Assembly (NCBI GenBank): GCA_903879645.1
Contig: CAIRMK010000210.1
Span: 1 to 61,744 of the forward strand
Reading direction: 5' to 3'
DNA: 61,744 bases
Source of the DNA: an uncultured Bacteroidota bacterium
Lineage (GTDB): Bacteria; Bacteroidota; Bacteroidia; Flavobacteriales; Flavobacteriaceae
Shown here one piece after another: positions 1 through 10,395 of this stretch (position 1 is the first letter of the stretch; each line of letters begins with the position of its first letter). Below the pieces are notes generated by a model. It saw nothing but the letters and a program-made list of their open reading frames with translations, did not search any database and had not been told where the DNA came from. The position numbers were made by a program, and so were the translations under genes.

Positions 1-569
1 AAAAGTTTTCCAATGATAGGCAAAATATTTTTAGTATAAAAACGATAGCCCTGTTTGTAAGGTGTTTTTTCGGGAACAGAAGTTTCTAAAATGACAAAAA
101 TCCCATTAGGTTTCAATACTCTTAGTATTTCAGCAAGACCTTTTTCTAAGGTTTCAAAATTTCTAATTCCAAAAGAAACAGTAATGGCATCGAAGTGGTT
201 GTCAGGGAAAGGCATATTTTCTGAATCACCAATCACCATATCAATAATGTGGTCTAACTTTTTTTCGGCAATTTTCTTTTTTCCTACTTCTAGCATACCT
301 GCGGAAATATCCAAACCGATAATTTTAGTGGCATTGGTTTTAGTCATTAAAATTGCCAAATCACCCGTTCCAGTTGCAATGTCAAGAATAGTATCTGGGT
401 TTTTAGCCGCTACTAAATCCAATACTTTTTTACGCCATTTCACATCAATTCCAAAAGAAATTACACGGTTTAATCCATCATAGTTCCCCGAAATGTTATC
501 AAACATTTGAGTAACTTGTTCCTTTTTACCAAGGGAAGAATCTTTGTATGGAGTGACGTTTTTTGACAT
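1..569 (-). CDS. ubiE: Demethylmenaquinone/ubiquinone methyltransferase UbiE/MenG (3' end runs off the window)
   Basis: Minus-strand translation from ATG at 569 reads [48 protein letters not shown]...[12 protein letters not shown]...GLDISAGML...FGIRNF. Absent from the ORF track because it is truncated. Confidence 0.93.
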   Translation of the reverse strand, partial: MSKNVTPYKDSSLGKKEQVTQMFDNISGNYDGLNRVISFGIDVKWRKKVLDLVAAKNPDTILDIATGTGDLAILMTKTNATKIIGLDISAGMLEVGKKKIAEKKLDHIIDMVIGDSENMPFPDNHFDAITVSFGIRNFETLEKGLAEILRVLKPNGIFVILETSVPEKTPYKQGYRFYTKNILPIIGKL

Positions 570-657
570 TTTTTTAATACAATTTTTGAGGAGCAAAAGT
601 ACAAATAATAAAAATTGAAATCCCAATAAACAAATCCCAAATTACCATTAGTAGTTT

Positions 658-1140
658 TTATTTTTTTATAAATGTCTGAAAAGTAAAGTCAAAATTGTGT
701 TTTTCGTCTTTGGGATGGAATTCTTCAAAGTCAACTTTCCATTTGTTAGCGTTGATTTCTGGAAAATAAGCATCGGCTTCAAAGTTGGCATGAACTCTAG
801 TCAATTCGATCTTATCAGCAAAATCTATCGACTGATTGTAGATTTCAGCACCACCTATAATAAAGACATCTTCCTCTTTAGGAGAAATGGCTATGGCCTC
901 TTCAATCGAATTGACCACAATGCAATCTTCTACGGTATAATCTTTTTGACGGGTTATAATAACATGAGTTCTGTTGGGTAAGGGTTTTGGAAAACTTTCA
1001 AATGTTTTTCTTCCCATTATTATATAGTGATCAGTAGTAATTTGTTTGAATCTTTTAAAATCATCAGGTAAATGCCAAATTAATTGGTTGTCTTTTCCTA
1101 AAGCATTGTTTTCAGCGGCAGCTGCAATAAGAGTAATCAT
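658..1140 (-). CDS. folA: Dihydrofolate reductase
   Basis: LIWHLPDDFKRFK, IMGRKTFES, PLPNR and IIGGAEIY motifs. Confidence 0.97.
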   Translation of the reverse strand: MITLIAAAAENNALGKDNQLIWHLPDDFKRFKQITTDHYIIMGRKTFESFPKPLPNRTHVIITRQKDYTVEDCIVVNSIEEAIAISPKEEDVFIIGGAEIYNQSIDFADKIELTRVHANFEADAYFPEINANKWKVDFEEFHPKDEKHNFDFTFQTFIKK

Positions 1141-1472
1141 TAAGTTATTTTTTTGTTTTCGATTTCGTTATTAAGATGTTCAATTTTCTTTTCTTGCATG
1201 GTCATTAAGCGGTTTATTTGTTCTCGTTCCCAATTTTTATTCATGAAACTATCGGTAATGAATACTTTAATAAAGTGCAAAACAAAAATAAACAACCAAC
1301 TTGTTATTGCCCAAATATACCAATTAATAGATTCTTCCACTTTTATCCATTTATTGATAATGAAAATAAAAATGCTTCCTATAAAAAATAAAACAAAGTG
1401 AAAATACAATCTTTTTTTCTGTTTGATTCTTTTGCGTGCATAATCATACATTTCATGTTGATCGTTGTTCAT
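1140..1472 (-). CDS. 2TM domain-containing membrane protein
   Basis: YDYARKRIKQKKRLYFH followed by two hydrophobic segments and a WEREQI tail; translationally coupled to folA. Confidence 0.8.
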   Translation of the reverse strand: MNNDQHEMYDYARKRIKQKKRLYFHFVLFFIGSIFIFIINKWIKVEESINWYIWAITSWLFIFVLHFIKVFITDSFMNKNWEREQINRLMTMQEKKIEHLNNEIENKKIT

Positions 1473-1710
1473 AAGGTGAAAATTTGAATTTAAAGATACA
1501 ATTTATTTTGAAAACTCGATTATGGCAATTGGATATAATTTAGTAAGAAAACGTTTTCTTATTTTTATATTTGTAAATAACTTACTATAAATTAAGAATA
1601 TAAAATTTTTTCAGGGTCAATTTTGATAAAATAATAATTCTGCATAGGAGGTGTAAAATGTATGTTTTTATTGTGTTACTTTGCCTCATTAATCTATAAA
1701 TTAATTAGTT

Positions 1711-2007
1711 ATGTCAATTAAGAAGCAAGTTATAAAAACAAAACCGGTTGTTAAAGTTACCTTTTCAATCGAGGCAAAAGAAGCGACTACAGCTGCTGTA
1801 GTAGGAGATTTCAATAATTGGAATCCATCTGAAGGAGAATTGTCTAAGTTAAAAAGCGGTACTTTCAAAGCGGCTTTTGATTTGCCAAAAGACAATTCAT
1901 TTGAATTTAAATATTTGGTGGATGGTAATTATGTTAACGAACCAGAAGCTGATAGCTATCGTTGGAATGAATTCGCAAATGCTGAAAATAGCGTTTTAGA
2001 AGTATAA
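1711..2007 (+). CDS. Isoamylase early-set / CBM48-like glycogen-binding small protein
   Basis: VVGDFNNW and FEFKYLVDG motifs. Confidence 0.85.
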   Translation: MSIKKQVIKTKPVVKVTFSIEAKEATTAAVVGDFNNWNPSEGELSKLKSGTFKAAFDLPKDNSFEFKYLVDGNYVNEPEADSYRWNEFANAENSVLEV

Positions 2008-2025
2008 GGTTTAGTTTGTTTGTTT

Positions 2026-2070
2026 AAAAATCCGTTTGGCAATTTATTTGTTAAGCGGATTTTTTGTTTT
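2026..2070 (+). terminator. Intrinsic terminator
   Basis: AAAAATCCGTTTGGCAA...TTGTTAAGCGGATTTTT hairpin followed by a T-run. Confidence 0.65.
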
Positions 2071-2428
2071 TACTAAAGAATGAAATTTTGTTGAAAATAG
2101 ACTAGAGCTTTGATGTTGTGATACATAAATAGGAAGTTAAGTTAAATTAAATATTTATGATAGTATCACTTAGAAATACGATTTTATATCACATAACTGT
2201 GTAATATATTTTTATTTATGTAAATATATTGTGCAAAAAAGAGTATAAATTTTGTTGTAATCAATAAAAACAAAAAATACCCGTTTTTTTGGTTAGATTT
2301 GGTTCATGTCGATTGTGGGATCAGAATTGCAAAATAGGCATCAATTTTATATTCAATTCCTAGATAGTATTCATTAAAAATGTCAATATCAAGTATTCTT
2401 TTTTTTGTTTAGAGTAAATTATTTTAAT

Positions 2429-3253
2429 TTAAACCGCCACCATTCCTTTAATATGAGGATGTGGATCATATCCTTCAAGAGTAAAATCCTCAAAAGTAAA
2501 ATCAAAAATGTTTTTGATATTTGGATTTAGTATCATTTTTGGTAATGCTTTTGGCTCGCGAGAAAGTTGTAATTCTACTTGTTCAAAATGATTGTTGTAG
2601 ATGTGTGCATCGCCAAAAGTGTGAATAAATTCTCCTACTTCCAAATCGCAAACTTGAGCAATCATCATTGTGAATAAAGCATAAGAAGCAATATTAAAAG
2701 GAACGCCAAGAAAAATATCGGCACTTCTTTGATACAATTGGCACGATAATTTTCCATCCGCTACATAAAACTGAAAGAACGCATGACAAGGAGGCAATGC
2801 AGCTTTTTCATTGGCTACATTTTCTGAAAATGATTTAGAAGTATCCGGTAAAACTGACGGATTCCATGCAGAAACCAACATTCTTCTACTATTGGGATTG
2901 TTTTTTAAAGTGTCTATCAACTCTGTGATTTGATCAATCTCTTCACTATTCCAATTGCGCCATTGGTGGCCGTAAACAGGTCCCAAATCACCATTTTCAT
3001 CTGCCCATTCGTTCCAAATATTTACTCCATTTTCTTTTAAATACCCAATATTAGTATCGCCTTTTAAAAACCAAAGCAATTCATAAATTATCGATTTTAG
3101 ATGCAACTTTTTAGTTGTAACCATCGGAAAACCATCAGCCAAATCAAACCGCATTTGATAACCAAATACACTTTTGGTTCCAGTTCCTGTTCTATCTCCT
3201 TTTTGGGTTCCGTTTTCTAAAACGTGATTTACTAAATCGTGGTATTGTTTCAT
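2429..3253 (-). CDS. thyA: Thymidylate synthase
   Basis: [31 protein letters not shown] and GDAHIY motifs. Confidence 0.98.
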   Translation of the reverse strand: MKQYHDLVNHVLENGTQKGDRTGTGTKSVFGYQMRFDLADGFPMVTTKKLHLKSIIYELLWFLKGDTNIGYLKENGVNIWNEWADENGDLGPVYGHQWRNWNSEEIDQITELIDTLKNNPNSRRMLVSAWNPSVLPDTSKSFSENVANEKAALPPCHAFFQFYVADGKLSCQLYQRSADIFLGVPFNIASYALFTMMIAQVCDLEVGEFIHTFGDAHIYNNHFEQVELQLSREPKALPKMILNPNIKNIFDFTFEDFTLEGYDPHPHIKGMVAV

Positions 3254-3320
3254 TTTTTTTTATGGTGATGTGGTAATTTGTTGATTGGAATAACCAAATT
3301 AAGAAAAAGTCGAATTAATT

Positions 3321-3950
3321 TTAAGATTCTCTCTTAGAGATTTCATCGCGAATTCGAGCTGCTTTTTCATAATCTTCGTCTTGAACAGCACCTTCTAGTA
3401 GTTCATGTAATTCGGATAAACTATGTTTTGTGAAGGCATTTTCGGGTTTTGAAGTGTCGCTTTCAATTCCGAAAGTTTCAGGAGTTGAAAGAACTCCGTC
3501 ATCATCGGGGTTTTGACCTTCTATTTCAGATGGATTGGCATTTAAAAAAATTCCGGCTTTGTCAAGGATATTTTTATAAGTAAAAATAGGCGCAGAAAAA
3601 CGCAAGGCTAAAGCGATAGCATCGGAAGTACGCGCATCAATAATTTCTTCAATTTTGTCTCTCTCACAGATAATACTAGAATAAAAAACACCATCAACGA
3701 GTTTGTGAATGATCACTTGTTTTACCACAATGTCAAACCGGTCAGCAAAACTTTTGAATAAATCATGGGTTAAAGGACGTGGTGGTTTGATTTCTTTTTC
3801 TAAAGCAATAGCAATTGATTGTGCTTCAAAAGCGCCAATTACGATAGGTAATTTTCTATCGCCATCCACTTCATTCAAAATTAAAGCATAGGCGCCATTT
3901 TGTGTTTGACTGTAGGATATTCCTTTTATGGTAAGTTTTACTAAACTCAT
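3321..3950 (-). CDS. Bifunctional nuclease family protein (DUF151) with C-terminal UVR domain
   Basis: LPIVIGAFEAQSIA, RPLTHDL, DARTSDAIALA; EDYEKAARIRDEI UVR tail. Confidence 0.9.
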   Translation of the reverse strand: MSLVKLTIKGISYSQTQNGAYALILNEVDGDRKLPIVIGAFEAQSIAIALEKEIKPPRPLTHDLFKSFADRFDIVVKQVIIHKLVDGVFYSSIICERDKIEEIIDARTSDAIALALRFSAPIFTYKNILDKAGIFLNANPSEIEGQNPDDDGVLSTPETFGIESDTSKPENAFTKHSLSELHELLEGAVQDEDYEKAARIRDEISKRES

Positions 3951-4109
3951 TATCTATTATTTCAAATGTGAAAAACAAAGAATCAATCTTTTACAGGTGA
4001 TTTTTGTATTGATTGCAAAGTAACAAAAAACTTTCGCTTTTTTAAACAAAAAAATAAGCTACCTAAAAATATTTTCAGATAGCTTATCGCATTTGAGTTA
4101 GTTTTATTT

Positions 4110-5078
4110 TTAAGAATTACTTGCTTTAAATTCTTTTAGTTTTTGAGTCAATCTTGGAATGATATCTAAAGCATCCCCAACAATTCCATAATCAGCAACT
4201 TTAAAGAAAGGAGCTTCAGGGTCGGTGTTGATTACTAATTTTACTTTAGACGAGTTGATTCCTGCAATGTGTTGAATCGCTCCAGAAATTCCTACTGCAA
4301 TATATAGATTGGCAGCCACAGGTTTTCCTGTTTGACCAACATGTTCACTGTGAGAACGCCAACCTAAATCGGAAACTGGTTTAGAACAAGCAGTAGCTGC
4401 TCCAAGAACAGTTGCTAATTCTTCTAACATTCCCCAATTTTCTGGACCTTTCATTCCACGACCACCAGAAACTACAATATCAGCATCAGCGATAGTTACT
4501 TTTCCTGTTGTTTTTTCTACTGATTCTACTTTTGTTGTGAAATCAGCATCGTTTAAACTTGGAGTGAAATCTTCTTCAACTAATGAAGAATTGTTTTCAA
4601 CCAATCCGAAAGAGTTTTTCGCTAAACAAATTACTTTAACGTCTGTTGAAATTTCTGTGATATTGAAAGCTTTATTAGAAAAAGCATTTCTTTTCACTTG
4701 AAAAGGGGAGGTTGAAATAGGCAATCCAACTACATTAGATGCAAAACCAGCATCTAAACTTACCGCCACTAGTGGAGCAAAATATAAACTGTCGGTTGTT
4801 GAAGAAAGAACGATTACTTTTGAGCCTTCTTTTTGAGCGGCTTGTTTTACTACATCGGCGTATGCCTTAGCATTGAAATTCGCTAATTTATCATTAGTTA
4901 TTTTCAAAACTTTAGCAACACCATATTTTGATAATTCGGAAACATTTTCTGTATTTACTGTTACTGCTGTAACGGTTGTGCCAAGAGAATCAGCTACTTT
5001 TTTTGCATAAGAAGCTAATTCGAAAGCCACTTTTTTGAATTTTCCGTCTGCTGATTCTGCGTATATTAATAATGACAT
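4110..5078 (-). CDS. etfA: Electron transfer flavoprotein alpha subunit
   Basis: VSGGRG, HVGQTGK, YIAVGISGAIQHIAG, INTDPEAPFF. Confidence 0.96.
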   Translation of the reverse strand: MSLLIYAESADGKFKKVAFELASYAKKVADSLGTTVTAVTVNTENVSELSKYGVAKVLKITNDKLANFNAKAYADVVKQAAQKEGSKVIVLSSTTDSLYFAPLVAVSLDAGFASNVVGLPISTSPFQVKRNAFSNKAFNITEISTDVKVICLAKNSFGLVENNSSLVEEDFTPSLNDADFTTKVESVEKTTGKVTIADADIVVSGGRGMKGPENWGMLEELATVLGAATACSKPVSDLGWRSHSEHVGQTGKPVAANLYIAVGISGAIQHIAGINSSKVKLVINTDPEAPFFKVADYGIVGDALDIIPRLTQKLKEFKASNS

Positions 5079-5150
5079 AATTTTTTTGTTTAAAGTTAAA
5101 GTTTCAGGTTAAAAGTTTTACCACTGAAAACTGCGACTGAATACTGACTA

Positions 5151-5897
5151 CTATATTACTTTTGCTTCGTTATGTAATGCGTTTACCAATCCGTCTAAAT
5201 CAACTGCAGAAAATAATTTTACTGCCGATTTTGCTGCTGGTTTTTCAAATTTCACCGCTTTAGTATTGTTGTTAGCCGCCACAGGTTCTAAAACAGTTAA
5301 AACTTTAGTTCTCGCTGTCATAATTCCACGCATATTAGGAATACGTAAATCTTTTTCTTCCACTAATCCTTTTTGCCCACCAATGATTAACGGTAATGAG
5401 GTAGATACGATTTCTTTTCCACCGTCAATTTCTCTTCCTGCTTTTACAGAAGTACCATCAATAAAAATTTCAGTACAAGAATTAACAAAGTTGTACTCTA
5501 ATAATCCGGCTAACATTCCAGGAACCATTCCCCCATTGTAGTCTAATGATTCTTTTCCGCAGATTATTACATCATAACCCCCTGATTTTACCACTTCGGC
5601 TAATTGTTTTGCTACAAAAAAACCATCAGTTGGAGTTGCGTTTACACGAATGGCTTCATTTGCTCCAATCGCTAAAGCTTTACGTAATGTTGGTTCGGTA
5701 TCGGCACCACCCACATTTACAATAGTTACAGTGGCTCCTTGTTGTTCTTGAAACCAAATAGCACGTGTTAAACCATACTCGTCATTTGGATTAATTACAT
5801 ATTGAACACCGTTTGTGTCAAATTCAGAATCGCCATTCACGAAGTTGATTTTGGAAGTAGTATCAGGCACATGGCTGATGCAAACTAGTATTTTCAT
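5151..5897 (-). CDS. etfB: Electron transfer flavoprotein beta subunit
   Basis: MKILVCISHVPDT, NPNDEY, ALAIGA, CGKESLD, RIPNMRGIM. Confidence 0.96.
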   Translation of the reverse strand: MKILVCISHVPDTTSKINFVNGDSEFDTNGVQYVINPNDEYGLTRAIWFQEQQGATVTIVNVGGADTEPTLRKALAIGANEAIRVNATPTDGFFVAKQLAEVVKSGGYDVIICGKESLDYNGGMVPGMLAGLLEYNFVNSCTEIFIDGTSVKAGREIDGGKEIVSTSLPLIIGGQKGLVEEKDLRIPNMRGIMTARTKVLTVLEPVAANNNTKAVKFEKPAAKSAVKLFSAVDLDGLVNALHNEAKVI

Positions 5898-6098
5898 TAT
5901 ATATTTTTTAAAAAGTTTTTTCTGAGCGTAAAAGTATAAAATATATTTCTATTACTTATATGCGCGCATACTATTTTTTCAGTATTATATCGATTTCGTA
6001 AAGGATATAAATGAAATATCTAATTTATTCACTCGAAATGATTGAAATGGCGCCTTATAATTATGACTAAAATATGTTTTTTAATCATTTTAAATTTT

Positions 6099-6106
6099 TA
6101 CTTTTG
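6099..6106 (+). promoter_or_regulatory. Bacteroidota sigma-A -7 box (TAnnTTTG) upstream of pdhB
   Basis: TACTTTTG about 33 nt before the ATG. Confidence 0.55.
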
Positions 6107-6138
6107 CTATCCAAAATTGATATTAAGAAATTTTATAT

Positions 6139-7116
6139 ATGAGAACTATACAATTTAGAGAAGCGATTGCCGAAGCAATGAGTGAAGAAATGCGTCGCGA
6201 TGAAGCCGTCTATTTAATGGGTGAAGAAGTTGCTGAATATAATGGAGCTTACAAAGCCTCAAAAGGAATGTTGGACGAATTCGGACCAAAAAGAGTTATT
6301 GATACTCCTATTGCCGAATTAGGTTTTGCTGGAATTGCTGTGGGGTCAGCAATGAATGGGTGTCGTCCGATTGTAGAATATATGACCTTCAACTTTTCAT
6401 TAGTTGGAATTGATCAAATAATAAATAATGCTGCTAAAATGCGACAAATGTCGGCTGGACAGTTTCCAATGCCGATGGTTTTTCGTGGGCCAACAGCTTC
6501 TGCTGGACAATTAGGAGCAACCCACTCACAAGCTTTTGAGAATTGGTTTGCCAATACTCCTGGATTAAAAGTGGTAGTTCCATCTACCGTTTATGATGCT
6601 AAAGGTTTGTTGAAAGCGGCTATTCGTGATAATGACCCTGTTATTTTCATGGAATCAGAGCAAATGTATGGAGATAAAGGAGAGGTTCCAGAAGGAGAAT
6701 ACATAATTCCATTAGGAGTTGCTGATATTAAAAGAGAAGGAACCGATGTAACAATTGTTTCTTTTGGAAAAATTATCAAGGAGGCTTTTATTGCAGCTGA
6801 TGAATTAGAAAAAGAAGGAATTTCTTGCGAAATTATCGACTTGAGAACAGTGCGTCCAATGGATTATGATGCCATTATCAATTCGGTTAAAAAAACAAAT
6901 CGCTTAGTAGTTCTTGAGGAGGCTTGGCCTTTCGCTAGTGTAGCTTCTGAAATTACTTACATGGTTCAAGAGAAAGCTTTTGATTATCTTGATGCACCTG
7001 TTCAAAGAATTACCACTGCTGATACTCCAGCGCCTTATTCTCCATCTTTATTGAAAGAATGGTTGCCAAACGCAAGTGATGTTGTTAAAGCTGTCAAAAA
7101 AGTTATGTACAAATAA
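6139..7116 (+). CDS. pdhB: Pyruvate dehydrogenase E1 beta subunit
   Basis: GEEVAEYNGAYK, DTPIAE, FRGP, ATHSQ, IDLRTVRP. Confidence 0.95.
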   Translation: MRTIQFREAIAEAMSEEMRRDEAVYLMGEEVAEYNGAYKASKGMLDEFGPKRVIDTPIAELGFAGIAVGSAMNGCRPIVEYMTFNFSLVGIDQIINNAAKMRQMSAGQFPMPMVFRGPTASAGQLGATHSQAFENWFANTPGLKVVVPSTVYDAKGLLKAAIRDNDPVIFMESEQMYGDKGEVPEGEYIIPLGVADIKREGTDVTIVSFGKIIKEAFIAADELEKEGISCEIIDLRTVRPMDYDAIINSVKKTNRLVVLEEAWPFASVASEITYMVQEKAFDYLDAPVQRITTADTPAPYSPSLLKEWLPNASDVVKAVKKVMYK

Positions 7117-7137
7117 TAATAAACTATTATATTTGAG

Positions 7138-7172
7138 GCTTCATCAGAGTTATTTTGATGAAGCTTTTTTTT
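7138..7172 (+). terminator. Intrinsic terminator after pdhB
   Basis: GCTTCATCAGA...TTTGATGAAGC stem followed by T8. Confidence 0.7.
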
Positions 7173-7178
7173 GTCGCT

Positions 7179-9659
7179 ATGAAAAAAATATTTTTTTACT
7201 TTCTTTTCATTGGATTTATTAACTCAAGTTTTGCGCAAACAAAAGTTAGTGGTGTTATTGTGGACAATAAAAATCAGCCTATTTCATATGCAAACATAGT
7301 TTTTAAAGGTTCTAATGAAGGTACTCTCAGTGATGAAAATGGGAAGTTTTATCTAGAATCTACTAAAAATTATAAAGTCATTGCAGTTGCTTTTGTAGGC
7401 TATACTACTAAAGATGTTGATTTGGATAAAGCAGTAACTTACAATATGAAAATTGTGCTTACTGGAGAACAAGTACTTCAAGAAGTTGTTATTTACAATG
7501 GGAAGACCTCTAAAAAGAAAAATCCTGCCTTGGCTATCCTAAGAAAAATTTGGGAACGAAAAAGAAAGAATGGTTTGCAAATGTTCAATCAGTATCAATA
7601 TGAGAAGTATGAAAAAATAGAATTTGATATGAATACCATTGACAGTGCCTTTATGAAAAATAAAGTTTTTAAAGGAATGGAATTCATTTTCAAAAAAGTT
7701 GATACTTCAAAGGTTACTGGAAAAACGTATTTGCCAATTTTTATAAATGAATCTTTGTATGATGTTTATGGGGATAATAAATTCAATAAGCAAAAAGAGA
7801 TTATTAAAGCCAATAAAAACTCAGGAATTAATAATGTAGACGGTGTTAATGCGTTCATCAAAGATTTATATACCGATTATAGTATCTATAATAATCACCT
7901 AAATTTCTTTGATAAAAGTTTCACCAGTCCAATTTCCACTACAGGAATTGATGTTTACAATTATGTGTTGCGGGATAGTGCATTTGTGGATAAAAAATGG
8001 TGTTATAATATTGTTTTTTATCCAAGAAGAAAAAATGAGCTTACCTTCAAAGGTGATTTTTGGGTTAATGATTCAACTTATGCTATCAAAAGTATTACTA
8101 TGGCAGTTTCTAAAAGTGCCAATATTAATTGGGTAAAAGATATTTATATCGAACAAGAATTTGATGTTGTTAATGATTCTGTTTTTCTTTTAACTCGAGA
8201 TTATATGATGTCTGATTTTGCATTGAATAAAAAAGAAGATTCTAAGGGGGTTTATGGAAAGCGAACTACGCTGTATAGAAATCATAAGTTCAATGAACCT
8301 AAGCCAGAAAAATTTTATAAGGAAGAGGTTAATTATATAGATAATGATGTTTATGCTAAAACGGATGACTATTGGGAGAAAAATAGATTTGAAAAACTCA
8401 ATAAAGATGAAGTAGGTGTTTATAAAATGCTCGATACTTTAAAAACTGTCAAAAAGTTTAAGCAAATGTATAATCTTGTAAGTATACTAGGTAGTGGATA
8501 TATTAATTATCACAAATTTGACTATGGCCCTATCTTTTCATCTTTTGGATATAATGTCGTTGAAGGCTGGAGATTACGTGTTGGGGGAAGAACTTATTTT
8601 GGACACAATGATAAATGGCGTTTACAGGGATATACTGCTTATGGGTTTAAAGATGATAAATTCAAATATGGATTGTCTGGAAAATGGATGATTGATACTA
8701 AAAATAGAATTATCATCTCTGGAGGAAATAGAAGAGATGTTGAGCAAATAGGAGCAAGCTTAACTACGACAAATGATGTGCTTGGTAGGAGTTTCGCTTC
8801 ATCAAGTGTTTTTAGTTCAGGAAGCAATGGTAAGCTAACAAATATTAATTTAACTAATGTAGCCATAGAAATTGAACCAATAAAAAATATGATTTTCCAA
8901 ACTGGTTTTTCCCATAGAACACTAGAGTCAGCATCACCGATTTTTAGTTTGGATTATTATACCGATGATACTCATACAACAACAAAAAGTGATGTAAGGC
9001 AATCGGAGGTAAACCTTCAAGTAGAATATTGTCCTAATAAAAAAACTATTGGATATGGCGTAGAACGTTCCGATGTTGATAATCCCTACAGTAGATTTTT
9101 TATAAATTATAGTCAAGGATTTAAAGGAATATTGAATAGTGATTTTGATTATAGTAAACTTCAATTGTATTACAATCAACCTTTCTTGATTGGTCCATTG
9201 GGAAGGACAGATTTAACTATGGAGTTGGGTAAAACTTATGGAAAAGTACCTTTGGGATTGATGAGCGTTATTCCTGGAAATCAAACTTATTTTATTATTG
9301 GAAATACTTTTAGCAATCTAAATTTCTATGAATTTGTAACGGATCAATACGCCACCTTACAGTGGAATCATAATTTTCAAGGACGATTACTTTCTAGAAT
9401 TCCTATGATGCGTAAACTGAATTGGAGAGAGATTATAGGTGTTCGAGCCGTTTATGGAACTATTTCAGATCAAAATAGATTGCTTAATGCCTCAAATTTA
9501 GAGTATAAAGCACCCACAATACCCTATTGGGAATATAGTGTCGGCATTGGAAATATTTTCAAAGTTTTTAGAATCGATGCTAGTTTTAGAGGGAATTATA
9601 GAGATTTACCTGGGACTAGTAATTTTACGATAAAAGGTGAAGTTGGCTTTCATTTTTAA
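7179..9659 (+). CDS. Outer-membrane protein with carboxypeptidase-like regulatory domain and DUF5686-type barrel
   Basis: Signal peptide MKKIFF...SFAQ; VSGVIVD..ANI..GTLSDENGKF domain; C-terminal Phe. Start moved from 7155 to 7179, past the upstream terminator. Confidence 0.8.
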   Translation: MKKIFFYFLFIGFINSSFAQTKVSGVIVDNKNQPISYANIVFKGSNEGTLSDENGKFYLESTKNYKVIAVAFVGYTTKDVDLDKAVTYNMKIVLTGEQVLQEVVIYNGKTSKKKNPALAILRKIWERKRKNGLQMFNQYQYEKYEKIEFDMNTIDSAFMKNKVFKGMEFIFKKVDTSKVTGKTYLPIFINESLYDVYGDNKFNKQKEIIKANKNSGINNVDGVNAFIKDLYTDYSIYNNHLNFFDKSFTSPISTTGIDVYNYVLRDSAFVDKKWCYNIVFYPRRKNELTFKGDFWVNDSTYAIKSITMAVSKSANINWVKDIYIEQEFDVVNDSVFLLTRDYMMSDFALNKKEDSKGVYGKRTTLYRNHKFNEPKPEKFYKEEVNYIDNDVYAKTDDYWEKNRFEKLNKDEVGVYKMLDTLKTVKKFKQMYNLVSILGSGYINYHKFDYGPIFSSFGYNVVEGWRLRVGGRTYFGHNDKWRLQGYTAYGFKDDKFKYGLSGKWMIDTKNRIIISGGNRRDVEQIGASLTTTNDVLGRSFASSSVFSSGSNGKLTNINLTNVAIEIEPIKNMIFQTGFSHRTLESASPIFSLDYYTDDTHTTTKSDVRQSEVNLQVEYCPNKKTIGYGVERSDVDNPYSRFFINYSQGFKGILNSDFDYSKLQLYYNQPFLIGPLGRTDLTMELGKTYGKVPLGLMSVIPGNQTYFIIGNTFSNLNFYEFVTDQYATLQWNHNFQGRLLSRIPMMRKLNWREIIGVRAVYGTISDQNRLLNASNLEYKAPTIPYWEYSVGIGNIFKVFRIDASFRGNYRDLPGTSNFTIKGEVGFHF

Positions 9660-9688
9660 TCTGAATTTTTCAGATTCTTTAATCGTTT

Positions 9689-10282
9689 ATGGATAAAGCA
9701 ATATTGTTTCTTTCATCAAAAGATGAAATCTTAAAATACATTCTTGACACTTTTGGAAATCCTATTATCCAAAAAAGAGATGAGGGTTTTGCTTCTATGT
9801 GTCATATTATTCTTGAACAGCAAGTATCAATTGCGTCTGCAAAAGCTTGTTATGTCAAATTAGAAAATCATTTTAAAACAATTTCGCCCGAAATCATTTC
9901 CAATTCAGACGATTTAGAATTGAGGAATTGTGGTGTTTCTCGTCAGAAAATAATTTACCTAAAAGATTTAGCTAATAAAGTTCTTTCTAAAGAAATTGAT
10001 TTTGAAAGTTATGCTATAAAATCCGAAGAGCAAATTCGCAAAGAATTAATCACTATTAAAGGAGTAGGGAATTGGAGTATTGAAGTATATCTTATGTTCT
10101 GCTTGCAATCACCTGATATTATTCCTCTTGGTGATATTGCAATTAAAAATACTTTGAAAGAACTGTACAATTGTGAAACCTTGGAAGAAATGCAATCAAT
10201 TTCTGATAATTGGAAGCCATTTCGAACTTTTGCCTCTTACACCATTTGGCATTATTACTTAACGAAAAGGAATAAAATTTAA
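9689..10282 (+). CDS. DNA-3-methyladenine glycosylase (AlkA, HhH-GPD family)
   Basis: ILEQQVS, LITIKGVGNWS HhH motif, PLGDI, WKPFRT. Confidence 0.9.
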   Translation: MDKAILFLSSKDEILKYILDTFGNPIIQKRDEGFASMCHIILEQQVSIASAKACYVKLENHFKTISPEIISNSDDLELRNCGVSRQKIIYLKDLANKVLSKEIDFESYAIKSEEQIRKELITIKGVGNWSIEVYLMFCLQSPDIIPLGDIAIKNTLKELYNCETLEEMQSISDNWKPFRTFASYTIWHYYLTKRNKI

Positions 10283-10354
10283 GTTAACTATATAAATTTA
10301 GCACAATTGTTTTTTATTAAATAGGCTAAGTTGCGTAAGTTCTTAAAATTTTGT

Positions 10355-10362
10355 TATTTTTG
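10355..10362 (+). promoter_or_regulatory. -7 box upstream of the membrane pyrophosphatase
   Basis: TATTTTTG with TTG about 22 nt upstream; supports a start at 10396 rather than 10351. Confidence 0.5.
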
Positions 10363-10395
10363 CCACCGATAAAATTTATAACAAAAATTATATTT

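Noticed and set aside
91-483. 130-aa + strand ORF
   Set aside because: Antisense shadow of ubiE/menG.
2071-2428. AT-rich gap with a GTGATAC...GTATCAC inverted repeat as possible oriC or ncRNA
   Set aside because: No DnaA-box cluster seen, and the pairing is weak and expected at this AT content.
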